From the NCBI GenBank assembly GCA_964252035.1, contig OZ176203.1: a DNA stretch of 64,000 nt; one strand, given 5' to 3'. Of this stretch, positions 49,239 to 62,030 are shown in pieces (position 1 is the first letter of the stretch; every line of letters begins with the position of its first letter). The DNA comes from Podarcis erhardii. Its lineage: Eukaryota. The position numbers and the translations under genes were made by a program. The notes below the pieces were generated by a model. That model saw only the letters and a list, made by a program, of their open reading frames with translations, made no database searches and had not been told where the DNA came from.

Positions 49239-51208
49239 TAGTGGCAGAAAAATTAACCCACCAGCTTCTCTTAATCTGTGGAAAAACAAAACAGGACTCC
49301 TTTAATGCAACGTGGTCAGCTTTTATTTCTTATACAAATATCAGAGGCAATGCAAGACCTCTTCCAGACAAGTACAGGAAAATTTGGATCAATAGTTAAT
49401 GTGTCTAACATTCCATCAGCTAAATCATTAGAGTGAATAGTGAATGCTTTTAGGTGTGTACGACAGAATAAAAGTTTAATAGAGATACATCCTGCAACAA
49501 GAGCAAGTGCAGACCCCATGACTGCTGGTCATTTTTGTAATGCTGTTAATTCTGTTTTTAAAAACAATAGCCAAAAATAAAAAGGGCATCTTTTCTGTTT
49601 CTTTGCTCAGTTTCTCTCCCCCCACCACCCTTTTAGGCACTTTCTATATATAAATTGGACAATTGGGACCTGCACCCAAATGTTGTGGTGTGGAGTTTAC
49701 ACACTACATTTGTCACCCATTTAAAAAGCATGGCTTTCTCTGATAACCCTGGAAACTTTAACCAATCACAGAGCTATAATTTCCAGAACCAACTGCAGTT
49801 TCCAGGATCCTTTGGGTGTAAATATGCTTTAAATGTATGGAATGTACACATAGATTTCTGGAGATTCCTGGTGCAAAATTTGGATATTTTCAGCACATAA
49901 TACATATAATCGTGGAGGAAAGGAACAATTGTTTTTTAAAAAATTCAAAAGATATGTTTTAACTGAAAGTGGAATTCTGAGTCAGCTCCAATGACCTGGA
50001 GACACAGATGGACAGAGCATGCTCAGAGTTAATAATTTGCAAATTCTTCTGAAGCTATGTTGGACTGATCATGGATTTCATTGCATTGGTACTTTCTAGC
50101 ATTTGCCACCTGTCTACTAAGCTTCAATTTCTCTTATTGACTACTAATAATGATAGCTAAAATGGAAGCTTCATGGACTAAGGATTTCGGGCTTTGGATC
50201 CTGTACATACTGTCTTGCATAGTATGTAAAGTGTAAATTTAAAATATTTAAAATTCCTAACATGTATAGTTTCATTAAACAAATGAGTGCTATTTTGAGA
50301 GAACAATCCTTTTTTTGTTTTTTTTTTGTTTTGTTCTGTCATGAATTTCATTTTGGCTATCAAATTCATGATTGTAAATCCTAGAAGTGGAGGTTGTGCT
50401 TGGTAGTGTCTTTTCTTAAGCAAGCAAACTGCCTTTTTCTTGCTTCAAAGTCAAACCAGCACATAAGTGAGAAAAAAAGGTGCTGGAAACTCATTTATCT
50501 CCTCCGTGGTCAAATTTTTCCATTGTCAGTGTAAAGCAAGCAGTCCTGAACTCTCCCACTCAGCCCCCAGCCCTGTGGTATTAAAGCTGGAGGTGGAAAA
50601 GTTGGCATTTTTGCTCCCATATGCAAAAGTGTTTTGAGTTGTACATGGAAATCGTTTGATCAAATGTGTTCAGGAGTATTTTGTATGCTGTGTTGACTTG
50701 CATTGACATGGCACATTTCCCCACTGGGCTTCTTCTGAGGAAGTGTCATAAACCTATTTACATAGCACTTTGTAGTGCTGAGTAACTCTTGCAGCAAGTC
50801 TCGACAGACAAAATCTATCTGATGCTTCGGTTGAGACCAGTCCATGGGCACATTTTGTAGTAAAAGAGTCATCAGGTTAGTGACTTTTCACTCCGATATT
50901 CATGGGATCAAGTGGGCTTGTGAAAGGGCCCTTTCAGCTATAAAAAGGAGCAAGTTATCCTAGCCTGGAGAAAGTACCCTAGTAAACAAGATTCAAATGT
51001 TACTTGTCCAAATATTTGCCATTATCTGATAGCGTGAGTAAAAGCTTGTGCAGCATAGCAATTACTGCTGGCACGTAAAACAGGACTGGAAACTCCAAGC
51101 TAGTGGAATATATACACCTCTGTAAAAGCTGTGCAGAAAGGGGATTGGGAGGATAATTTTTGCTCTTGCTAATTATTAAAGAAACATTTACATGCTCAAA
51201 CACTAGAG

Positions 51209-51404
51209 CATAAAAACACAAGAAGAACTTGCTGGATCAGGCCAATGGCCCATCTAGTCCAGCAACCTGTTCTCATAGTTGCCAACCAGATGCCCGTGGG
51301 AATCCTGCAAACCATTCCCAGCAACTGGTATTCAAAGCATACTGGCTCTGATGGTAGAGGTAGAACATAGCCACTGTAGTCTTTAGCTGCTGATAGACTT
51401 ATCC
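51209..51404 (-). mobile_element. CR1 3'UTR fragment
   Basis: TGCTGGATCAGGCCAATGGCCCATCTAGTCCAGCAACCTGTTCTCATAG, same family as 4842. Confidence 0.8.
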
Positions 51405-53034
51405 TGCTTGGCAGTTGTTAGCAGTGGAAATAACATCTGAAGGGAACCGAACCCTGGCTTCACCATCAAAACTATTATACAATACAGAATCATCTTTGGT
51501 AGCATTCAGTTTACAGCTTCTTGTCTCTCACAGCTTTCACTTAGATCTATTTCCAGATCTATTATTTGCTGAAGTAGGGAAACTGTAGCCTTCCAGATGT
51601 TGCTGGTGATGGGCACCAGAGTCTGGTCAACATTTGGAGGGCATTTTACCAACATATAGCTTAAGTCATAATGCCAGTGAGATTTGTTCCTTTGTATTGC
51701 ATTGCAGCTGACTGTCATGGACGCAGTTCAGTTTTACATTACAACACATTTTTTTACACCACGTGTTCACAGCTGCTTTCGTTTGTTTTCTGTGACGTTT
51801 GAATTTTTGGTTGCAAATTGTTGTTATTTGGAAGATAACAAAAATACTCACAAAAACATTATTACCTTCTGTGATCTTATCAAGTACCTTGGATCTTATT
51901 TTCTTTGTGGAAAGTGATTTTTTTCATACTGAGGAAAAATTGACTTTTGTCGGCACTCCAAACCACAGCAGGGACCCTCTAACTTCTTTGGGGCATTTTG
52001 GAGATCTGGACTTTAAATAAAATGCAGGAAGTGCAAAAATTGAAACATTTCTCCACAAGCTTGTCATATATGAAAAATGCTAAAATGTGGAAACAGATAC
52101 TTTTTTGCAGATTAATCTCCTAGAGGCAACTGTATGCTATTTTCATAATAAAATTGTTGCCTAGAAGACCAAAGGGAGAGAGACAAATCCCCCAAATAAA
52201 TCTTAAAGGCTGCCTAGCTCCAAAATCCTTGAAGTTATCTTTCTGTAAATTGGCAGGATTCATCCACTCAGAAAGTGCTATCGTTGCTGCATATTACATC
52301 CAATTCTAACATTTTAAAAAAGTTACAGATTGTGTTTTCATTTTGGAGGATTTTTTTGAAAGGTGCCCAGCACATAGACATAGACACAGAGACACACACA
52401 AAACCCCTAAAACTATTTGTAATTTGGCAGTCTTCCACTTTTGAGAGGGTACTATGTCTGCACCTTTCATCAAATTCTTCCAAAAAGAAAAACTACTTTG
52501 TATTTTTAAATATCCCAATAATAGTGAATGGGGGAAGAACTGTGATTTGGATTCGGCACTTGAGTCAAATCAGACAGCTTCTGAGGTGCTTTGGAACAAA
52601 TATTTCACTTTTCAAAAGTGCTAAAGGGAGCTCCAAACCTATTAGTATGTTTGGAACGCTTCCTTCATTATAAATGTAACATATATGGCTTTCTGTTTTC
52701 TGAACGATATCTGTGTTTTGTAATTGTATTTGTTACCTGCTCTTTTGTGCCTTAGGCTCTGCTTGGGGTGAAGGGTGGTTTTGAAAGATATGTATAAATG
52801 AATAAAACTGTATTTTATTTCCTTCCCTTTTTTTGCATTTATATCTTCTTATCACTATGCAACTGGATGAGAGTCTGTGTAGCCGCATTCCATATACAAA
52901 AACAATTGAAACAACTTTGTGTGACTTTTTGTCAACAGATCCCTCTTCCTAACTCACCTTTCAAATGCGCATAAACAAAGCAATAACTCCATTAGCATCT
53001 AGTATCCTCTACCAGAGATGGATAGATCATGCTC

Positions 53035-53372
53035 TTTCTGGTTCATGCAAATTTCACGTGTTCTCTCCCCTGTCCACATTAATCTGCTTTTTTATAATAA
53101 TAAAAATCTGCATAAAAATTTGTATTTAAATGCATCTTTAAAGACTTGTTTTTTAAAATATTGATTATAATATATTTATCTCAAATGTCACGTTTCTAAA
53201 TGTATTTTAGCCTAAAGCACATATTTTTCATACATTTTGCTATATTTTAAAGTCAAGAACTGTATCACAACATGTGGATGACCGCAAAATCCAAAGGATG
53301 ATTATACTTTGTTCTGCCTATTAGGAAGTTGTGGATCAGGTTAGTTTTTATTAGAATTTACAGAAATCCCTA
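53035..53372. mobile_element. Old AT-rich non-autonomous DNA element
   Basis: TGCAT...TTTT motifs and CCCTA end, resembling 24773-25420 in reverse. Confidence 0.35.
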
Positions 53373-54159
53373 AATAACACTACAAAATAGCTGAAAAAGA
53401 GCAAACATTGGTGAAGACTGCATTAAAAATGTAATTGTTTATTTTCTCAAAAACGTATCCTTACTCAACAGGGATAGACAACTGTTGGGCCAGGGAAAGG
53501 CCAGGTGGTTCCTGGACTCTAATAGGCCCAACAGGTTAAAGTAAAATTAATTTAATATTAGATGCAGGGGATATTCCACTTTCAAATTTTCACAGTGTTT
53601 TTAGTTATGCTAAAGGTGAACTAAATTGTGTGTCTGAAGCTAACTGAATTCACACATCTTGGAGTAATCTATGACGTTTGGTTTGTGTCACTAAGAAGAT
53701 CCTATACAGAAAAGATGAACATATATCCAGGGTAGTTTATAGAAGAGCAACGAAGTTATCTTGGGTTCACCTTCCATAGCTAGAAAACCATCTTTTTTCT
53801 GCAGCCTCCACCGTGGTACTGAAGCATGGCAAATAAAAACATCATGCAGTGATATCAAACTTAATATGATCAGGCAACAGAAACAAATGTTTACAGAGCA
53901 AATTTGTTCTGTGCAAATGTAAAAAACAATGCCTCTCATAAGAATTCGAAAAGATATGATACCGCTTTAGACATTTTCATTTTTGGCAAAGTGTGATTGG
54001 CATTGCCTTTGATGTTGTTATGTATCCAGGAGGAATTTGGAACCGAGTAGGGTTTATAGGGGGTTGTTTATTTTGAAGATTTCTATTTTTAAATTATCCT
54101 AATAAAGCTTCAGGCACAAAGGGGGGGCGGGGCTTAAAACTACATTTCTGCTAATAATA

Positions 54160-54415
54160 ATATTGGGCTGGATCCAGTCTCACCAAGTTAAACTAAGGCC
54201 CCATTGAAATCAATCTGAAAAGTAAGACCCAATAATTTCTATTGGGACTAAGTGCACTAGCTCAGTCTTGCCTCAACCCACTGCAGTTTTCTTTGAGTGT
54301 TATTCAACTATGCTTTACTCAGCATAGACCCATTGAGATCAATGAACATGATTAAGTTAGATCCACTGAATTCAGGGGGTCAGCTGTGAGTAAAACTTAG
54401 TTTAATGCCACCCTT
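54160..54415. mobile_element. Two adjacent ancient palindromic MITE-like elements
   Basis: Cores CCCCATTGAAATCAAT and CCCATTGAGATCAATG. Confidence 0.5.
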
Positions 54416-57400
54416 TATAACATTCCACCAGAGTCAATGTGTTTGGATATTAAGATTTCTGCAACCAGCTGTTAAGTGCTTAGACTGGTGGCGCATACCA
54501 ACATGTACACAAGCTCGACATCCCAAGTCAAAAATGTTCCCTCAGTACTGAATAGATGCTATCACAATGTCACAGGGTAACACTGAGATAAATGCATGGA
54601 ACTTGGGTGCCAATTCACATTAATAGAGCACAGCTGAATCCTGAGTACAATTGCTCAAAAGTGGTGCTGAAACTGGGAGCAGTAATTTGAATGAATTAAT
54701 CAGTGGGACATATTTAAAATAGGGCTGCCCCCCTTGATCAGATTGTCCAGTAGCTTGCTCAGGTAAAGGCTGTGTTACTGTAATAAGGAATGAAAATAAA
54801 ATATTGAAGATGACTCTGTACCTTGCCAAGCACTCCCTTGTGATTAAATAAATCTGTAATAGTGATTATGTGTGATTCTGCTGGTGAGGCTACCAGATAA
54901 CAGCTTCAGAAAGTGGTGGTTCTTGACACCCAGATAACAACTATTGTTGTATTTAATGTAATACCATGGCCACCGCTTGAGGTACTATAATCAGTTATGC
55001 ACAGCACCCGCAGGTAACAGCTGCAATCCTAAACACTGCTGCTGGGGAGTATATTGATATAGTGATTTTACCCCTGATAGAACTACGCTAGGAATTGAAT
55101 TTAAAATACACATTTTATAACAGTTACAAACTACGAAGGTTTAAAATCTTTCTGTGTAACAAGCCAATGAAACACAAAGAAAACTGCAGGCTTCTAGCCT
55201 ATTGCAACTGAACTTTACCAAGGCTTTTTATATTAATCCAGAAGTTATTAATCTCAAACTGTTGCATTTGGCTTCTGTTCCAATTTGACAGATGATCGTT
55301 TATTAAGTGTGCTCTCCATTCTCTCTTGAGCATAGGGATGTTGCAAGTATTTTGAATGCTTATGAGCAGGTTCAAAAATGAGCTGGCCTTTATGAAATTG
55401 GAATCTTTTTCATTTAAAAAAATTGAATGAATATCTCACTTTAACTTAACAACTTCTATCCTATCTATTCTATACCAGGTGTCTACATCTGCTTATATTT
55501 CCCAAATTATAACAAATCATGCTTATCTATTGGCCCTTACCACATTCCAAGTGTTCTTCTTTCTTCAAATGCTTTGATATTTGTTATGTAGAGCACAAAT
55601 AGAAATAAGCATATATGCTACGTTTCATGGAGTGGAGATGTTCTGGAATGGGAGGCAATCCTTGGATTGAAAATAATAAGCTATTTGATGGAGTCAGTTT
55701 CTCTCAAACTGGAAAGTGCACAGTCTCTGAAGGCATCTACAAGCAGAGCATCCTTGCTGAAGCTAAGCAGATCTGGTTGCTGTCTGGATGGCAGAGCTGT
55801 AGGAACCACATGGATTTTCCTGAGCTTCCCAGAAAGAAAGCAGAGGATAAATGTAACATACAACCTTTCAGAAAATCTAAGGAAAAAATGATCAGTAAAC
55901 ACCAAATGCATCAAACAGGCTGGCAGCATGGATGTCCACCTCTCCTTTGCAGTCGAGTACAAGCTTGGATTTGCAAATGGCATGTGAGTCATGAAGCTCA
56001 CTTGTAAAGGAGGAGGACCATCTGCTAGTCATGAGCAGATGACAAATCTGATGCCTCAACACTGCTGCTTTTTCCAGATCTGTAAGTAAACACATTTTGT
56101 AACCTTGCTGATAACACTCTTCAAGCTTTCACTAATGGAAAAGTTTGAATTTATGCAAAGCATTGAAAAACATCTTGCAGTTTTAAAAGCACCATCTCGG
56201 TTTTGATGGCAGAGATTGCGAACGTCAGCCTCCTAAGTGGAACCTGTTTTATTCAATCCATGAAAAAGTTATTCTGACTGTGACAAAGTAACGCACACTC
56301 TATGGAGACTTCTGATTTTGGAAGGAGCTAGGTGTGCTCCCTTCAGGGCGCTCCTTCTCTAAAAGTCAATACATTCTCTTTTCAATGGTATGTTCTGTAG
56401 TGCAGCTCTGACCTCTGCTGGCCACAGACTTTAAAGACAACCCCAAAGGGAATAAGGCTGACTTCTTTTGTGGTTTAAAGAAAACAAGCTATATTTGTAT
56501 GAAACCACAGAATTCTAGTACTAGGACATCCAGTCCAATTCTCTGCACTAAGGCAGAATCCTTTGCACCCAGACTTATTAGCCCACATCCACCAATTACT
56601 TTATCCCACATCCTTGGATTATTGCAGATTATTCCACAAACAGAGTGCACAACCAATCAAGAGGCTTGGTGCCAGTAAAAAAAGGGGGGGAGAGGAGAGA
56701 ACATGTGTACTCAATCAAATCCAGATGGCTCCAGCAAAGGAATGGTGCCATATGGCAACATGCCACAGGGAAAGGCGGACATACGCCCCCATGTCAGGTC
56801 ACCTGCCAATTTAAAGAGGAAGAAACTAATACTACTTAATATTTACACATGTACATGTGCTTCATGCACACTGTCAGAGTAATCCGTGCAAACAGCTAGC
56901 CATTATTATTCTACTATTATGGGAGATGGAAACAGAAATGGAGATACAGCAGTTGACGGCCACCCAGTTGTAGCAGGAGGAAAAGCTGACTTACTCTAGG
57001 GCAAGGAGTTTATTTGGGGCTGGAGCATTGAAAGGTGTGCACAAGGGGAGGGGAGAGCAGAAGACGCCAAGGACAGCCACAACAGCACTGACTTTGTTCC
57101 TGGACTCTGCCATAATAGGGCTTCTATAAGAACGTCATGGCTTCCACCAGCAGAAAGCTTCGTCAAAATGCACTGCGTAAGAAAAGTGGCCCCACATTCA
57201 GAGAAATTCTTCCATTTGCTCAAGCTCTTGTGTAAGATTGTATACAAGTTCTTTTGCAGACCTCTTCAGGACCCATTAGAGTTTATATGCTACAGCCTTC
57301 TTCCTTTGCACATTGTTTCTCACACTACATTTCAGCATTGCACTGTGAGAAGGCTTTTGCTTGTTTTCAGAACTTCACACAACAGCCTTAATACAGTTTC

Positions 57401-57623
57401 CCCTCCCACTGAAGGTTCCTTTAAGGTTAAGGGATCCAAGCTCTTGTACCAACTTTGGGCTCATCCCCGCTTCTGCTTGTGCCGTACCTTGTGGTTTTCC
57501 CCTTGACCCACACCTTTCCAAGGGAAGCAATGTCAATCTAGAGAAAACCCGAATTGCTATTTATTCTGATTGAGCACTAAAGAGTGGTTTCCCCCAGGGA
57601 AAAGCAGTAGGACAACTACTACT

Positions 57624-58730
57624 TCATCTGCTTTTCTATCTTATAAAAAGGCATGGGAGGAATTTGAAACCTTCACTTCCAGCCTCACACCCTCTGCTTC
57701 AAACAAGGGTCCTGTGCTACAGTTTGGCACCATGTGTGCCAGGTCCACCCCCTCAGCACCAATGGAAGGGCAGGTTCTGCAATACCTTGCCCATCGTAGG
57801 TCCATGGGCAACGCAGCCAAGACCTTAACTGTCCAAGCGACTGGTATTACTTTCTTTTCCAAATGCTTATTCTCCATTGACCCTTGCTTGGGATTCTTAG
57901 TTAAGAAGGAAATGGAAGGATGGCATAGATTGACTCCTCCCAGCTCCATATAAGCGCAGACCCTTCGACATATTAAAGCAAATTTGGAGATTAGTGCCAT
58001 CAATTTGCTGGTCCCGCTTTGAGTACAGTGATACCTTGGGTTACATACGCTTCAAGTTACAGACTCCGCTAACCCAGAAATAGTACCTCAGGTTAAGAAC
58101 TTTGCTTCAGGATGAGAACAGAAATCGTGCAGCAGCGGTGCAGCAGCAGTGGGAGGCCCCATTAGCTAAAGTGGTGCTTCAGGTTAAGAACAGTTTCAGG
58201 TTAAGTACAGACCTCCGGAACGAATTAAGTACTTAACATGAGGTACCACTGTATAGGCTCTTCAGAGCAGCGTATTCCATGGCCTTCTTTGGGGCACTTA
58301 GAGTAGGTGAATGTGTGCCTGTGCAGAATATAACAGGTGGGGCTGGTTGGGGGTGAGGCTTCTCATTAGCGATATCTCTCTTTCCCCATCCTCTGTTTAC
58401 ATCAATATCCGGGCTTCAAAAACGCAGCAACTGGCCAAAGGTGCTTCAGTTCACCTTCCCACATTCGGCGGTGTGGGCCCATGCCCAGTGAAGGATGTTA
58501 GGCATTTTCTTCAGTTGTACCCCAATGTTGATGGCCCCCTCTTCATTCACGAGGATGGGTCCCCCCCCCCCCGCCCAGGAATCAATTCTCTAGGGCCATG
58601 TAAGGCAATTACCAGGTGTGGCCTGCAAGCCCAGCAGTATGCCACACATTCATTCAGAATTGGGGCAGCCACCACAGCTTGAAGCCCCATGGGCAGGTGG
58701 CGGTCAGAGACCTACAGGAAGTATATACAC
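57624..58730 (+). pseudogene. Tyrosine recombinase pseudo-ORF, interrupted by a MITE, frameshifts and a stop
   Basis: SYKKAWEEF..VLQYL..KKEMEGW; FEYRLFRAAYSMAFFGALRVGE; IRASKTQQ..GPCPV..GPLFIHEDG; THSFRIGAATTA; GRWRSETYRKYI (R, K, HxxR, W, Y catalytic set). Confidence 0.92.
58026..58251. mobile_element. Tigger-like MITE nested in the recombinase ORF
   Basis: TA|CAGTGATACCT...AGGTACCACTG|TA. Confidence 0.95.
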
Positions 58731-58778
58731 GGCCACCATCAAATACTCACAACCTACTTTATCACAATTTCTTTGCAG

Positions 58779-59308
58779 GTTCTTCTAACAAGCATATCTG
58801 GATTAGGGGTCACAGTATTATGCATTGGGCTCGGATGCACGCCATCACCACCGGCCTTGGAGCTGCGCTTGGGCTCCCATCTAACATCTTGATTCACTAG
58901 TTTGGTTGCCAGGGCATGAAGTGGTCTGCGTTTATGCCCTTAATCCTGCCAATGGGGGAAAACAATTTGGGCCAACAAAAGAGCATTGATCTAATGTGGG
59001 CCATAATTGAGGACTTGCAGACGTTGCACAACTTGTACCCCTCCATAAGCCTGGGGTGGTCCAAGATGCTTGAGACATGACAATGGCACAACCCGGACCC
59101 AGCGGGTATTAACCAAGCTCGGAAAAAGGCTAATCATGCAGTGAGGCGGAGCATACTCCAGTGAGGTGGTTAGGTAGTTTTCCACCACAAGATCACATTC
59201 TCAAATGAGGCATTGTTTCGGCCCAATGGCATGCATCTTTCCTTAGCAGGAAACAATATTTGGTTGAGAGATATGATTGAAGGCAATAGGGCATGGATGC
59301 AGATATGA
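58779..59308 (+). pseudogene. SGNH/GDSL-type hydrolase pseudo-ORF
   Basis: One frame: IWIRGHSIMHWA (block I Ser), CQGMKW (block II), MGENNL (GxND-like block III), FRPNGMHLS (DGxH-like block V); 4 internal stops, ends TGA at 59306-59308. Confidence 0.85.
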
Positions 59309-60166
59309 GTGGTTTGGCAGTGAGCATTTGCTCGGTGGGCGGTTGGGCATTGGGGCAATCCTTTGTTTTGGATGGAGGGGAGGTTGTAGTCTCCGCCTGC
59401 CCCTCCAAATGCTGGGGTATTTTGTTAAAGGGATCCGGGGGGAGTGGCCTGGGCCAGGGCCAAAGGCACTCCCCCAGACAGTGGTCCCCGTGGGGGTCGC
59501 CCTAATGGATGTAAGTCTTAGGAACCTCTGCCTGGATTGACCACGCGTCACTTCCGACGGGCAGGCTGGAAGTATTTAGATTGCCCCATGCCGAAGCCAA
59601 GCCTCTTTCATCTGTATTCAATAAAGTTGTGGCCTGTTTTGACCCCAAACCAGTCTCTGTGGTCTCTCATTATACAGGGGTATGGGAAGTCCGATGCCTG
59701 GTCCTGCAAGAAGAATTGTGGATAAGCTGTAAGTCTTTACATAATACTTGAATATAAGTATGGCAGTGCAAATTATAGTTGCAATTCTTGTTACACAATA
59801 GGAGCATCCAACATGTTCTATGGCATCCGGAAATGGGGGAAAGAAAGGTGTGTATTATCAGGTTTAATAGAAATCTTAACGTAAGAATTGAACTCAGTCA
59901 CAAGATTTCCCCAATGTGCCTCAAACTTGGCAAGTAGATTGGAAGATATCCAGACTATCTGAGTGCCCAGATCTTGTGGCACAGCCAAGCAGCCTGGAGG
60001 CCCACCTTTTATATCTGTAGCAAAAACCTTCCCTTGTATACACTTGTACTAGCTTACACAACAATCCAGTCATTCCTCAAGTATTTCTTTTATAACACGT
60101 TAAAAAGTGTAGATCTAATAGCGTGAGATTAAGAGTGTTCTGCTTTGTATACAAGTAGTCAGCACC

Positions 60167-61078
60167 TGTAATGGCAGGTCAAAGGGAAAAAAGGGAGGAA
60201 GTGCTTTTTGAAAGACATGGAAGACTCCAGCTCGCATTCCTGCCCTCTGTCATGTGCCCTGCAGTGCTCCAACAGAACAGGAAGAAACAGGAAAGGGGCA
60301 GAGTTGTGGGAACCAGGGTTGGGGGTGTGTGCAATGTCCCACTTCCACCCCAACTTCAGTCACTTTGAAAAGGGGAACAGAAATGCTGTCAGTCCCCTCT
60401 GACCTTCCTGTAGAACAGGAAGCCTCAGTGGAGGCTGGCAGGACTTTAATCAACTGAAGTGGCAGCGACTGAATAGAGGCATTAGGTTGCAGTGTTGTCA
60501 CCTAGGACCAGCTACAGTGGTACTTCTGGTTACAAACTTAATTCGTTCTGGAGGTCCGTTCTTAACCCGAAACTGTTCTTAACCTGAGGCGCGCTTTCAC
60601 TAAAGGGGCCTCCCGCTGCCGCCGCCACACCACTGCCCCACGACTTCTGCTCGCATCCCAGGGCAAAGTTTGCTACCAGGAGCACCTACTTCTGGGTTAG
60701 TGGAACTCATTACTGGAAGCGTTTGTAAGGAGGATGGTACGTAGCCCGAAGTTCCACTGTAATGCCTTTGCAGATGGGAACAGACCTATATCCCTTGACA
60801 GAGCCTGTGCTTATATTCCAGGTATTCTCACAAGGCAAGAGAGCCTTATAAGTAGTGCCTCATCTATAAAAGCTTGGTGGAATGGCTGAGAAACCTGTTG
60901 GGACATCTTTGTCACTTCCGTTCAGTTCTGAATTTCTTGCCCTGCTCCTGAATAATGACTCCTGAGCACTGCATCTGCTGTGGAGCCTGTGCCATTACTT
61001 GCCTGAATAAAGATCTCTTCCTTCCTTCCAAGTGATATTCTCTGCCTGTATATGTTGCGGGGGAGCCAGGACATCACA
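60167..61078 (+). mobile_element. Solo LTR with nested MITE
   Basis: TGTAATG...CATCACA, TATA CTATAAAAG near 60865, AATAAA near 61006, flanks CACC and AACC (3/4 TSD). Confidence 0.55.
60515..60759. mobile_element. Tigger-like MITE, diverged subfamily
   Basis: TA|CAGTGGTACTTCTGG...CCGAAGTTCCACTG|TA. Confidence 0.88.
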
Positions 61079-61349
61079 AACCTTTGTTAATAAATGGGGG
61101 GGGGGGGTTGGTTAGTGAGATGTGTGACCTGAGTCTAAGTAAGTATACCTAGGTTTTTCAAACATGCCTTCTATACATCTCTGGCACACTTATAATAGGG
61201 CAACTAAGAACATCAGTGCTTTAAAATGTTTGCATAATAATTCCACTGTGCCTTTCCTCCTCTGTCTCCTGGCCTAATGACTATAAAAACCATCTAGGTC
61301 TGCCTTCCCTATTTTCCTGTCCATCACCTCTGAAAAAAATGTGCTCAAG

Positions 61350-61489
61350 CCAGGAATGGGGAACCTGTGGCCCTCTAGGTGTTGTTGGATTCCAACTTCC
61401 ATCTTCCATGACCATTGGATCATGCTGACTGGGGCTGATGGGGGTTGAAGTTCAAAACATCTGTAGGGCACCAGGGTGGAGAAGGCTGG
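61350..61489. mobile_element. Small hAT-like MITE, old or chimeric
   Basis: CAGGAATGGGGAACCTGTGGCCCTC ... GGGCACCAGGGTGGAGAAGGCTG. Confidence 0.5.
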
Positions 61490-61554
61490 TTTAGTGTATA
61501 GCACATTGTCTTCTCTCCATGTGTCTTCAGGGACGATAGCAGAACTATTGTTAT

Positions 61555-61625
61555 CTTGGGAACCACCCTGAGACCTGCGGATATAGGGCAGTATACAAAT
61601 TTTAAAAATAAAAATATAAAAATAT
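61555..61625 (+). mobile_element. L2 3' tail
   Basis: GAACCACCCTGAGACC..GATATAGGGCAGTATACAAAT followed by (AAAAT)n. Confidence 0.6.
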
Positions 61626-61873
61626 ACAGCTACTGTTTCACACTTGTGTGCATGAAAAAGTTAACCTGAGCCCTGAACTCAAATTACCAGAGTGAGTGTG
61701 GCTTGGCAGGTTTGCAGTGGCTTCTCCTCCCCCCTTTCTCTGTTTCTCTTCCTGCTTTCCTTGACAAAGGAGCCATGCATCTTGGCTCCCAACTCAGCAC
61801 ATGCTGCAAGTGAACTGAATCTTCCCAGAAGGGGGATTTTAAAGCCTGCATCTTTGCTAACCTGAGGATTGTG

Positions 61874-62030
61874 CAGTGGCGTAGCGTGGGGGGTGCAGGG
61901 GGGGCCGGCCGCACCGGGCGCAACATCTGGGGTTAGGGCAAATCCACGGGTTAGGGGCGCAAATCCACGGGTTAGGGGGCGCAAATTAGTTGCCTTGCCC
62001 CGGGTGCTGACAACCCACGCTACGCCACTG
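61874..62030. mobile_element. Young hAT MITE carrying TTAGGG motifs, second copy
   Basis: Same perfect 17-bp TIR as 31730; perfect TSD GGATTGTG. Confidence 0.95.

Larger units (their letters stand above)
57620..59716 (+). mobile_element. 5'-truncated tyrosine-recombinase retrotransposon (Ngaro-type, DIRS order)
   Basis: Recombinase pseudo-ORF, then splice acceptor, SGNH hydrolase pseudo-ORF and a GC-rich terminal region with AATAAA; no gag or RT seen upstream. Confidence 0.88.

Noticed and set aside
50930-50955. Strong TATA box GCTATAAAAAGG
   Set aside because: No downstream exon, CpG enrichment or other support; expected by chance in 64 kb.
55615-56007. Longest non-TE ORF (130 aa), with antisense ORF 55681..56001
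   Set aside because: No recognisable domain or convincing splice context; length is within the chance range for this window.
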